Of a DNA stretch of 64,000 bases, positions 37,101 to 48,880 are shown one piece after another. The notes under the pieces were generated by a model. The model made no database searches. It worked only from the letters and a program-made list of their open reading frames with translations, and was not told the DNA's origin. The stretch lies in contig NC_083223.1 of the NCBI RefSeq assembly GCF_032191835.1, forward strand, positions 249,612,001 to 249,676,000, written 5' to 3'. The stretch's first letter is position 1. The number at the start of each line of letters is the position of its first letter. Origin of the DNA: Heteronotia binoei. Lineage: Eukaryota. Both the position numbers and the translations under genes were made by a program.

Positions 37101-38105
37101 TACTAAATGTTTGATACAAAACTTACCAGAAAGAACACTAACAGTGCAGCTTCTGCAAGATAAGTAAAAGGTTAACCTCACCAAAACCTCACTAAGTGCC
37201 TTAGGGTGGTGAACTTCTGGTAGTAAATGGCTGGTGTATGAGGGAGGAGACTGAATCACAGCAACTGAAGGCTGAAAAGACAACTGGGAAGAGGTAGATT
37301 TACTGTGCCTAGAAATGATGACTGATGGGATGGGAGAGATGTAAGTCAGTAGGTAAAGAAGCACATACTTGAGTGAAAGTTAGGCAGCAGTGGCACAGGA
37401 ATAAAAAGGAATTTCCTGTTTATGGGAAAGGACCCAGCAAGGGAATTTGGGGACAAAAAGCTTGTTGCTAAGATATTTGCCTGAGTTACACAAAGCCAAA
37501 AAGGAAAGCAGGTACAGCTGAAAACTAGTAGACTGGGCACTCTTACATATAAGCATTTCTTCCCTCAATGCTGTACAAAACTGGATGCAAAGAAAACCTA
37601 ATGGATTTTCTGAACAGTTGGAACAAAAAAATTAGGTAAGTTTTTTTGGTCTCAAAAAACACAACAAAACCCTAGCTCATGTTTCTTATAGTAATACTTA
37701 GCTGAGAATTTAAGGACATTTTTAAAGTATGGGTCTCTCTTAAAACTGTAGTACCTCATAGTCATAGATATGTCCCAAACTATCAGGGCTGTAAATCTAT
37801 ACCCCCAATTTTTTGAAAAATTGTATTAAAGCAGCCTTTATCATTATAGGAGCTTTTGCTTTTCAAAGTCTAAGTTTTCATTGAGAAAAACTGTCTTTCC
37901 CAAGATTCTAAAGTTTCATTTCTGAAGTTTTAAGCATAATCAATTAATCAAATAATTGGTTAGAAGGTAGCCTAGCCAAAGATTAAAATACAGCCAGTGG
38001 GACAGCCCTCTAAGATTCCTGCTGAAAAGACTGACTGCCTCAGTAAAGCAAGTGGCAAATGACACACACTTGTACATCCAGCTGTCAGCCAGACCCCTAT
38101 CCCAC

Positions 38106-38517
38106 CTTGAAACTCTGTGTTGTCAAGACCCCTGATGGCCTCAACAGCATCCTCTGCTCGCTCCATGTGCACAAAGGCATAATCCTTGACAATGTCGCAC
38201 TCAAGCACAGGGCCATACTCCTCAAACTTGGCCCGCAGCTCCAGGTTGGTGCAAGCAGTACTGATGTTGCCTACATGAAGCTTCGTGGAGGCTTTGCTCT
38301 TGTTCTTACTGGCCTCCACATTGATGCAGACACCATGTAACTTGTAGTGGTGCAGGTTGCGGATGGCGTCCTCAGCTGCAGTCTTGTCCTCAATATGCAC
38401 AAAGCCGTAGTTCTTGATAATATCACATTCCAGGACCCGTCCATACTGTTCAAAAAGAGAACGAATCTCTTGCTCTGTGGCCTCCCGAGGAAGGTTGCCT
38501 ATAAAGAGTTTCACCAT
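38106..38517 (-). CDS. RBM4B: RBM4/RBM4B-like coding exon 1 (RRM1 and RRM2)
   Basis: Kozak CCACCACCATGG; [26 protein letters not shown]...DNTEFQ; donor CAAG|gtggga at 38106/38105. 412 nt; CDS total 1074 nt, or 357 aa. Confidence 0.96.
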
Positions 38518-40193
38518 GGTGGTGGCTAGAGCTTGGGGGGGGGGGGGGAGAGAAGAGTTAGACTACATTTTTATGAAGAACAAAAAAAAAACCATTATGA
38601 AGTAACACAAGCAGCACATTTCTGCAAATAAGAGTTTGTACATTAGTGCTTCAGTTAACAGAAGCAGTTTGTATCACACTGAATTTCATAGTTGACCAGA
38701 AATTCCAACCAGGGTTTGCCAAATCTGAAGATGCAAGATCTGTCTGCCACACCACCTCACTGGCTCTCCAAGATAAAACAAAAGTCCAATGGCACCTTAA
38801 AGACTAAAATGTATTTAAATATGAGTTTTATTAGAGCTCACTTTAGATATGTGAAAAGGAAGAGTCCAGGCCTCTTGGTAACCTTCTGTAGAAATACAAA
38901 ACTTATTTTATAAATTCAGAATGTTCTCCCGTATGACTTAAAACCCCATATGCATGAAGATATGGTCATTGCTTGTTTATCTGTTAATTCTACATACATT
39001 ATTTGGAGATGGCAGATAAAGTCACTTATTGAACAACTGCTTTCTACACTGGCTCCAGTATTTGCAATTAGAGAGTTTAGATTTTTGTTGTACTGATATC
39101 AGTTAATTTTCTTACATTTAAGAAATTTCTTCCCAACCAATTTTATTTCTCCCGTCATTACCTTATTAGTCCTGCTCCGAGTAAGGCTGCAATCCATTAC
39201 CTATAATAATTCTAGTTCCTTTCACACTGGAAAGATTTACGTTAGGATTCACTCCAGATCTCCGTCTCCCTGCAGCTCCTCTCTTCTCCTGTAAGTAATC
39301 CCAAATTGACCTCCTTTCTATGCATTTAAAGAAGTTCTGACTCATGAAAGCACATATTGAAATAAACTTCAGGCACTACTGGAATTTTTTATTTTCCTAC
39401 AACAGGCTAACATGCCTCCACCTCTACAATTCTCAAGGAAGATCCGACCCGCCTCCTATAACCATAGGCTTAATCCTTAATTCGCCTACCACCAAACACC
39501 ACAATTGCACTGACTGGCACTTTTTTCTTTACTGGTCCAACTCTCAGCCCCTTGACCTACAACTGCGAAATTTAACAAATTATGTCTCGCTCCACCATTT
39601 TATGCCTATAACGGGAAAATTTCAGCATCACAGACAAATCTACAGCGAAGTGCGGGGCCTTAGGTACTATAAGGCACAAGAATGCAAACGTATCTCGGAA
39701 AAGGCTCTTTCGAAGAAACAAAACCCAGCTGAGCCAAGCCTGTTTTCATGAACTGCTACGGGAGCGAGCTTAGGGAGTTTCCATGGCGGCTGCGTACGTG
39801 ATGCTTCCTCTCTTTCCCTCCTCCTCACCAACCGCAGCTCGCGGATTAAGCGGTAATCTGCGGCCATCATGTCCAACTCCATCTCTCCTTTCTCTCTGTG
39901 TGTGGAACGGAGCTTCCAAACTGCTGGGAGGCAAAGACCTCCTATAGAAATGTTACTAATGGTAACATTGCGTCTTAGGAAGGGCTCCAGGCAGGCGCAG
40001 TCAGGCCCCGCTCCCCTTAGAATGACCGGGTATAGGGGGGTTTTATTTTGTGTTTTCCTTTCAGAAGCCCCGACTCAGGCCTTTCTTCATCGGCAGCTAC
40101 TCTTTTGCAAGGGCTCGGAAACCGAGCACCAAGCACAGCTTAACTCGCCACTCCGAACCTCCCCAAGTAGAAAATGGCACCTTAGTCACTCAC

Positions 40194-40250
40194 CGCCCCG
40201 GCCCTCTCTGTAGCAGCCAACGACACAAAATGGCGGCACGAACAACTGAA
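40194..40250 (-). other. RBM4B: RBM4 non-coding first exon (5' end approximate)
   Basis: Consensus donor GCG|gtgagt at 40194/40193. GCCGCCATTTTG (YY1-type) lies at 40237-40226, inside a CpG island. Confidence 0.65.
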
Positions 40251-40470
40251 AAGGTTCTCCGCCTTTCCCGAGCCTCGCGACCCGCCCTCACGTCAGAGCG
40301 CTGCCTCCTAATTGGCTCCAAAGGGGCCGTCCGGCCCGGTGAATGAGCAGCGGCTGGAATCCTTTGGGTGGAAATAGCCAATAAGAACTCGCTTCAGCAG
40401 AAGGTGGGGGGTTGGTTTAATGCTGTAAAGAAAGGAGCAAAGGACGGGCGGGATTCTCGCCAATGAGATT
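40250..40470 (-). promoter_or_regulatory. RBM4 promoter (CCAAT boxes, GC box)
   Basis: ATTGG at 40311, CCAAT at 40378 and 40460, GGGCGGG at 40446; CpG-rich. Confidence 0.65.
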
Positions 40471-40755
40471 TAAGCCCTTGCCTTTGCGTCCCAACGGATT
40501 TAAACTAGTCCCGCCTCTTTTTGTTTGTCAACGATACCTCTATTGTGACGGTCGGAAATGGGACTGTACCATTGTTCGAGCGGACAGGGATGGTTGCTTG
40601 GCGGGGGCGGGGGGTGACCACAGGTATACCCATGGGCGGTGGCGTGGGTGATGAGGGGAGGGGAGGTACATTTAAAAAAAAACGACAACAGTATTTTAAA
40701 AATTGTATTTTTAAGCCTCTAGTGGGGAAGGTCCTGTGGCCACTGTCTTAAGGAA

Positions 40756-40942
40756 AGGGTTGCCAACCTCCAGGTGGGTCCTGGAGAGCTGCTGGAATTA
40801 CAGTTGTTCTCCAGACGACACAAATCTTTTTCCATGGGGAAAACGGCTGCCTTTGACTGCGTCAGTAGGCTCTGCTGAGGTCCCTACCCAGGATCCACTA
40901 CCAAATCTCCAGGAATTTCCCAGCCCTCGGCTGGCAACCCTA
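40756..40942. mobile_element. MITE with AGGGTTGCCA termini
   Basis: Begins agggttgccaacc and ends ctggcaaccctag; same TIR family as 51383-51901. Confidence 0.75.
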
Positions 40943-41009
40943 GGAAAGCTATGGTCAAGGGGCTGAGGGTGAACATACTGAAACTTTTAATCCATGCGAG
41001 AAGTGGGTT

Positions 41010-41130
41010 AAGTTTGCCAGATTCCAGGTAGGGCCTGGAGATCTGGAATTACAACTGATCTTCAGACTGCAAAAATCAGTTCCCCTGGAGGAATTGGCAG
41101 CATCAGAAGGAAGATTCTGTGGTATTATAC
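41010..41130 (+). mobile_element. 5' half of a MITE related to 40756-40942, truncated at the satellite arm
   Basis: Aligns by eye with the left half of the neighbouring MITE (ttgccag..ccaggt.gg.cctggaga..ctggaattaca..tg.tct.cagac) and stops abruptly at 41130. Confidence 0.6.
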
Positions 41131-41149
41131 GGGTCTGGGTAAAAGTCGG

Positions 41150-44100
41150 ATCTACACGGATCTTCATGAATTCATATGATTTTTACATTGAAATGAAATC
41201 AAACCACTTTAATCCTGTAGATTCTGTCTTAGACTATAGGCAGGACCACAAAAATCATGCCTCCACGAATTCGTGGCGCCTCAGCAGTGCAAAAACTGGC
41301 TTCCAAAGCACGGATCCTCATGAATTCATATGATTTTTATGGTGAAATGAAATCAAACCACCATCATGTTGTAGATCCTCTCTTAGACTATAGGCAGCAA
41401 CAGAAAAATCATGCCTCCACGAATTGGTGGCGCCACAGCACTGAAAAAACATGTTTCCAAACCACGGATCCTCATGGATCCTCACGATTTTTGCCTTGGG
41501 CCACCACAAGATAACCAGCCAATCACATATCATGTCCATGGGCAGATGTTGGACCACAGAAATCATGGATCCACGGCTTCGTGGCAGCACCAGGGACCAA
41601 AAACTTACTTTTGGACCACGGATCCTCATGGATCCATGTGATTTTTGCTTCGGATCCCCCCAAGCCCTCCATCCAGTCACATATCATGTCCATGGGCAGA
41701 GTTTACACCACAGAAATCATGGATCCACGGCTTCGTGGCAGCGCCAGGGACCAAAAACTTGCTTTTGGACCACGGATCCTCATGGATCCACGTGATTTTT
41801 GCCTTGGATCCCCCCAAGCCATCCATCCAGTCATATATCATGTCCATGGGCACAGTTTACACCACAGAAATCATGGATCCACGGCTTCGTGGCAGCACCA
41901 GGGACCAAAAACTTGCTTTTGGACCACGGATCCTCATGGATCCACGTGATTTTTGCCTTGGATCCCCCCAAGCCGTCCATCCAGTCATATACCATGTCCA
42001 TGGGCACAGTTTACACCACAGAAATCATGGATCCACGGCTTCGTGGCAGCGCCAGGGACAAAAAACTTGCTTTTGGACCACGGATCCTCATGGATCCACA
42101 TGATTTTTGCCTTGGATCCCCCCAAGCCATCCATCCAGTCATATATCATGTCCATGGGCACAGTTTACACCACAGGAATCATGGATCCACGGCTTTGTGG
42201 CAGCACCAGGGACCAAAAACTTGCTTTTGGACCACGGATCCTCATGGATCCACATGATTTTTGCCTTGGATCCCCCCAAGCCATCCATCCAGTCATATAT
42301 CATGTCCATGGGCACAGTTTACACCACAGAAATCATGGATCCACGGCTTCGTGGCAGCACCAGGGACCAAAAACTTGCTTTTGGACCACGGATCCTCATG
42401 GATCCACGTGATTTTTGCCTTGGATCCCCCCAAGCCCTCCATACAGTCACATATCATGTCCATGGGCACAGTTTACACCACAGAAATCATGGATCCACGG
42501 CTTCGTGGCATCTCCAGAAATCAAAAACTTGGTTATAAACCACGGATCCTCATGGATCCACGTGATTTCTGCTTCGAACCCCCCAAGCCCTCCATACAGT
42601 CACATATCATGTCCATGGGCACAGTTTACACCACAGAAATCATGGATCCATGGCTTCGTGGCAGCTCCAGAAATCAAAAACTTGGTTATAAACCACGGAT
42701 CCTCATGGATCCACGTGATTTCTGCTTCAGACCCCCCAAGCTCTCCATACAGTCACATATCATGTCCATGGGCACAGTTTACACCACAGAAATAATGGAT
42801 CCACGGCTTCGTGGCAGCGCCAGGGACCAAAAACTTGCTTTTGGACCACGGATCCTCATGGATCCACGTGATTTTTGCCTTGGATCCCCCCAAGCCATCC
42901 ATCCAGTCATATATCATGTCCATGGGCACAGTTTACACCACAGAAATCATGGATCCACGGCTTCGTGGCAGCGCCAGAAATCAAAAACTTGGTTATAAAC
43001 CACGGATCCTCATGGATCCACGTGATTTCTGCTTCGGACCCCCCAAGCCCTCCATACAGTCACATATCATGTCCATGGGCACAGTTTACACCACAGAAAT
43101 CATGGATCCACGGCTTCGTGGCATCGCCAGAAATCAAAAACTTGCTTTTGGACCACGGATCCTCATGGATCCACATGATTTTTGCCTTGGATCCCCCCAA
43201 GCCATCCATCCAGTCACATATCATGTCCATGGGCACAGTTTACACCACAGAAATCATGGATCCACGGCTTCGTGGCATCTCCAGAAATAAAAAACTTGGT
43301 TATAAACCACGGATCCTCATGGATCCACGTGATTTCTGCTTCGAACCCCCCAAGCCCTCCATACAGTCACATATCATGTCCATTGGCACAGTTTACACCA
43401 CAGAAATCATGGATCCACGGCTTCGTGGCAGCTCCAGAAATCAAAAACTTTGTTATAAACCACGGATCCTCATGGATCCACGTGATTTCTGCTTCAGACC
43501 CCCCAAGCTCTCCATACAGTCACATATCATGTCCATGGGCACAGTTTACACCACAGAAATAATGGATCCACGGCTTCGTGGCAGCGCCAGGGACCAAAAA
43601 CTTGCTTTTGGACCACGGATCCTCATGGATGCACATGATTTTTGCCTTGGATCCCCCCAAGCCATCCATCCAGTCATATATCATGTCCATGGGCACAGTT
43701 TACACCACAGAAATCATGGATCCACGGCTTCGTGGCAGCGCCAGAAATCAAAAACTTGGTTATAAACCACGGATCCTCATGGATCCACGTGATTTCAACT
43801 TCGGACCCCCCAAGCCCTCCATACAGTCACATATCATGTCCATGGGCACAGTTTACACCACAGAAATCATGGATCCACGGCTTCGTGGCAGCGCCATAAA
43901 TCAAAAACTTGGTTATAAACCACGGATCCTCATGGATCCACATGATTTCTGCTTCGGACCCCCCAAGCCCTCCATACAGTCACATATCATGTCCATGGGC
44001 ACAGTTTACACCACAGAAATCATGGATCCACGGCTTCGTGGCATCTCCAGAAATCAAAAACTTGGTTATAAACCACGGATCCTCATGGATCCACGTGATT

Positions 44101-46600
44101 TCTGCTTCGAACCCCCCAAGCCCTCCATACAGTCACATATCATGTCCATGGGCACAGTTTACACCACAGAAATCATGGATCCACGGCTTCGTGGCAGCTC
44201 CAGAAATCAAAAACTTGGTTATAAACCACGGATCCTCATGGATCCACGTGATTTCTGCTTCAGACCCCCCAAGCTCTCCATACAGTCACATATCATGTCC
44301 ATGGGCACAGTTTACACCACAGAAATCATGGATCCACGGCTTCGTGGCAGCTCCAGAAATCAAAAACTTGGTTATAAACCACGGATCCTCATGGATCCAC
44401 ATGATTTTTGCCTTGGATCCCCCCAAGCCATCCATCCAGTCGTATATCATGTCCATGGGCACAGTTTACACCACAGAAATCATGGATCCACGGCTTCGTG
44501 GCAGCGCCAGAAATCAAAAACTTGGTTATAAACCACGGATCCTCATGGATCCACGTGATTTCTGCTTCGGACCCCCCAAGCCCTCCATACAGTCACATAT
44601 CATGTCCATGGGCACAGTTTACACCACAGAAATCATGGATCCACGGCTTCGTGGCAGCTCCAGAAATCAAAAACTTGGTTATAAACCACGGATCCTCATG
44701 GATCCACGTGATTTCTGCTTCGGACCCCCCAAGCCCTCCATACAGTCACATATCATGTCCATGGGCACAGTTTACACCACAGAAATCATGGATCCACGGC
44801 TTCGTGGCAGCTCCAGAAATCAAAAACTTGGTTATAAACCACGGATCCTCATGGATCCACGTGATTTCTGCTTCGGACCCCCCAAGCCCTCCATACAGTC
44901 ACATATCATGTCCATGGGCACAGTTTACACCACAGAAATCATGGATCCACGGCTTCGTGGCAGCTCCAGAAATCAAAAACTTGGTTATAAACCACGGATC
45001 CTCATGGATCCACGTGATTTCTGCTTCAGACTCCCCAAGCTCTCCATACAGTCACATATCATGTCCATGGGCACAGTTTACACCACAGAAATCATGGATC
45101 CACGGCTTCGTGGCAGCTCCAGAAATCAAAAACGTGCTTTTGGACCACGGATCCTCATGGATCCACATGATTTTTGCCTTGGATCCCCCCAAGCCATCCA
45201 TCCAGTCATATATCATGTCCATGGGCACAGTTTACACCGCAGAAATCATGGATCCACGGCTTCGTGGCAGCATCAGGGACCAAAAACTTGCTTTTGGACC
45301 ACGGATCCTCATGGATCCACGTGATTTCTGCTTCGGATCCCCCCAAGCCCTCCATACAGTCACATATCATGTCCATGGGCACAGTTTACACCACAGAAAT
45401 CATGGATCCACGGCTTCGTGGCAGCTCCAGAAATCAAAAACTTGGTTATAAACCACGGATCCTCATGGATCCACGTGATTTCTGCTTCGGACCCCCCAAG
45501 CCCTCCATACAGTCACATATCATGTCCATGGGCACAGTTTACACCACAGAAATCATGGATCCACGGCTTCGTGGCAGCTCCAGAAATCAAAAACTTGGTT
45601 ATAAACCACGGATCCTCATGGATCCACGTGATTTCTGCTTCAGACTCCCCAAGCTCTCCATACAGTCACATATCATGTCCATGGGCACAGTTTACACCAC
45701 AGAAATCATGGATCCACGGCTTCGTGGCAGCTCCAGAAATCAAAAACGTGCTTTTGGACCACGGATCCTCATGGATCCACATGATTTTTGCCTTGGATCC
45801 CCCCAAGCCATCCATCCAGTCATATATCATGTCCATGGGCACAGTTTACACCGCAGAAATCATGGATCCACGGCTTCATGGCAGCATCAGGGACCAAAAA
45901 CTTGCTTTTGGACCACGGATCCTCATGGATCCACGTGATTTCTGCTTCGGATCCCCCCAAGCCCTCAATCCAATCACATATCATGTCCATGGGCAGAGTT
46001 TGCACCACAGAAATCATGGATCCACGGCTTCGTGGCAGCATCAGGGACCAAAAACTTGCTTTTGGACCACGGATCCTCATGGATCCACGTGATTTCTCCT
46101 TCGGATCCCCCCAAGCACTCCATACAGCCACATGTCATGTCCATGAGCACAGTTTGCACTAAAGAAATCTTGGATCCACGGTTTCGTGGCAGCGCCAGGA
46201 AACAAAAACTTGGTTTTGAACCGCGGATCCTCATGCATCCACATGATTTCTGCTTCGGATCCCCCCGAACCCTCAATTGAATCACATATCATGTCTATGA
46301 GCAGAGTCTGCCGCACAGATATCGTGGCTCCACGGCTTCGTGGCAGCACCAGGGACCAAAAACTTGCTTTTGGACCACGGATCCTCATGGATCCATGTGA
46401 TTTTTGCTTCGGAACCCCCCAAGCCCTCAATGTAATCACATATCATGTCCAATGGCAGAGCATCTACCACAAAAATCATGGCTCCACAGCTTCGTGGCAG
46501 CACCATGGAACAAAAACTTGGTATTGGACCACGGATCCTCATGGATCCACATGATTTCTGCGTTGCATTCCACCATGATTTTTGGCAGACCTTGCACCAC
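41150..46600 (+). repeat. Left arm: about 35 tandem 153/154-bp satellite units (degenerate at both ends, fading to about 46980)
   Basis: Unit approx. CCACGGATCCTCATGGATCCACGTGATTTCTGCTTCGGACCCCCCAAGCCCTCCATACAGTCACATATCATGTCCATGGGCACAGTTTACACCACAGAAATCATGGATCCACGGCTTCGTGGCAGCTCCAGAAATCAAAAACTTGGTTATAAA. ORF-track offsets are 154 (41795, 41949, 42103, 42257, 42411), and 51-aa (153-nt) in-frame repeats also occur. Confidence 0.98.
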
Positions 46601-47314
46601 AGAAATGACAGGTCCATGGCTTTGTGCCGGTACCAAGGAGCCAAAATATGGTTTCGAAGTGCAGATCCTTCTTGATCTTAAAGTTATTCGCGTTGGGTCA
46701 AGGAAAACTCGACTTTATACCACATGTAATATCCATGGTCATAGCTTGCTGAACAACTATCACACATTCACATTTTTATTGTTCACCACACTCATTATCC
46801 ATCCAGATGTCACGTCTATGTCCAGCGTTTGCAAACTACAAATTGGATTTCGAGTACCTTGTATGCTGTCACGGTGTGCTTACATACTTTGAAACACTTA
46901 ATCTTCATGAATTCTGTGACTTTTCATTTTTGAATAGTTGGGCTCATCATGCGTGGTCCGCCTGAGGTTTCTTTCACATCACACAGCACGTCCATGACCA
47001 CAGAATAACCCACGAAAACCTCAGAACACTGCCAAGATGCCAAACACTGCTTCAAATACTTTGTGGCTTGTGCATTATGACATCACACCAATGTCTACAG
47101 GGTGACCAAACAAAAAAGTATCTGTAATGGTTCTACCTTACCATGAACACCACAGTAACATGAGAAATCAAAATAATGTCCATACCTTTCACTGCAAATA
47201 ACTGCATTCTGAACTTTCAGATGCCACCGAGTTGCAAAACTATCCAGATATTGTAATGGTCTTATCTTTGACTTCAAAACATCTTGCTCACTAGACAGAG
47301 GCCACCAAATTAGA

Positions 47315-47745
47315 ATAATGGAATCATAGAGTTGGAAGGGACCTCCAGGGTCATCTAGTCCAACCAACCCCCTGCACAATGCAGGAAACTCAGAAACACC
47401 TCCTCCTAAATTCACAGGATCTTCATTGCTGTCAGATGGCCATCTAGCCTCTGTTTAAACACCTCCAAGGAAGGAGAGCCCACTACCTCCCGAGGAGGAA
47501 GCCTGTTCCACTGAGAAATTGCTAACGGTCAGGAAGTTCTTCCTGATGTTGAGCTGAAACCACTTTTGATTCAATCTCAACCAGTTCTGGTTCTGGTCCT
47601 ACCTTCCGGGGCCACAGAAAACAATTCCACGCCATCTTCCATATGACAACCTTTCAAGTACTTGAAGATGGTGATCATATCACCTCTCAGCCGCCTCCTC
47701 TCCAGGCTAAACATGCCCAGCTCCTTCAACCTTTCTTCATAGGAC
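47315..47745 (-). mobile_element. CR1 LINE 3' fragment
   Basis: Reverse complement encodes EERLKELGMFSLERRRLRGDMITIFKYLKGCH and ends in an attctatgattc tail. Confidence 0.88.
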
Positions 47746-47914
47746 TTTTCATTAATAATTATTTTCATTAATAATGAAAAGCTGTCATCTCTCTTACATT
47801 AATTCAACTGTAAATGGTTTAAGGGGGACATTTTGTTATTTAGGGGTGAGTTTGTCTTGTACTCATTAACATAGGTGCAATCACAACTGTTTATGGTCAA
47901 CAGATTTTTTTAAT

Positions 47915-48265
47915 GTTGTTCAGTCGCACAGTCGAGTCCGACTCTTTGCGACCGACCTCATGGACAAAGTCACGCCAGGCCCTCCTGTCTTCCACCATCT
48001 TCCGAAGTCTGCTCAAATTCGTGTTTGTTACATCAGTAACGCTCTCCAGCCATCTCATCTTTTGCCGTCCCCTTCTTCTTTTGCCTTCTGTCTTTCCCAG
48101 CATCAGGGTCTTCTCCAGGGAGCACTCCCTTCTCATTTGGTGGCCAAAGGATTTGAGTTTCAGCTTCAGCATCTGACCTTCCAGGGAATAGTATGGGTTG
48201 ATTTCCCTTTCGACTGACTGACTGGATCTTCTTGCAGTCCAAGGGACTCTCAAGAGTCTTCCTTA
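47915..48265 (-). mobile_element. RTE-BovB LINE 3' fragment
   Basis: Reverse complement encodes SLEGQMLKLKLKSFGHQMRRECSLEKTLMLGKTEGKRRRGRQKMRWLESVT, the RTE/BovB ORF C-terminus. Confidence 0.9.
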
Positions 48266-48677
48266 ATGCAGCCTTCTAAAGCAGGAGTCTCCAAACTAGT
48301 GATGCCTATAGGTGCCATGGTGCCCAGGAGCACCTTTCCTGGTAACAGTGGAGTGTTTTTCTTTAAAATCAGGTGGCAAACTGTGCCCAGCTTGGCTTTT
48401 GATTGGTTGTTGTACATTTGATTGACTGTGTGGATTTTGGTAGATGTCGCTTTGGCAGCAGCTGCCTCCAACAGTACAAGGATATTCTCTGTGTGACTGA
48501 AGGTAAAACGTGGCACCCATTCTTTTGCTGGCTTTGCCCCTGCAGCAGTTGTTTTGTGACAGCTGTTTTATTGGTTGCAGCCACCATGCTGTGTCATGAT
48601 TCCAAAGATGAAGAAAGGCTTAGGGAAGTCGCACACCCTTGTTCTACATGCTGTACTCTTGGCTCGCCAGGTCATGC

Positions 48678-48880
48678 AAAGCCAGTATGGTGTAGTGGTT
48701 GGAATATTACATTAGGATCTAGTAAACCTAGGTTCAAATCCTGACTGCCATGGAAGCTTGCTGTGTGACCTCAGGACAGTCATGCACTCTCTGCCTAACC
48801 CACCTTGCAGGGTTTCTGTGAGCATAAAATTGGAGGACAGGAGAATGATGTCAGCCCCTTTGCTTTCATTGTGGAGAAAA
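48678..48880 (+). mobile_element. Old MIR-like tRNA SINE
   Basis: 'gccagtatggtgtagtggttgg..ggttcaaatcc..gtgtgacctcagg..cccaccttgcagggtttctgtgagcataaa'. Confidence 0.65.

Noticed and set aside
41150-46600. CRISPR-like array (palindromic repeats at regular spacing)
   Set aside because: The whole unit repeats and there are no unique spacers or cas genes. The context is a vertebrate intron-containing locus.
41257-46892. Many long repetitive ORFs (up to 471 aa) in the left array
   Set aside because: These are by-products of a 153-bp (51-codon) stop-free unit. Frames shift at every 154-bp unit, overlap in several frames, and show no coding signature.
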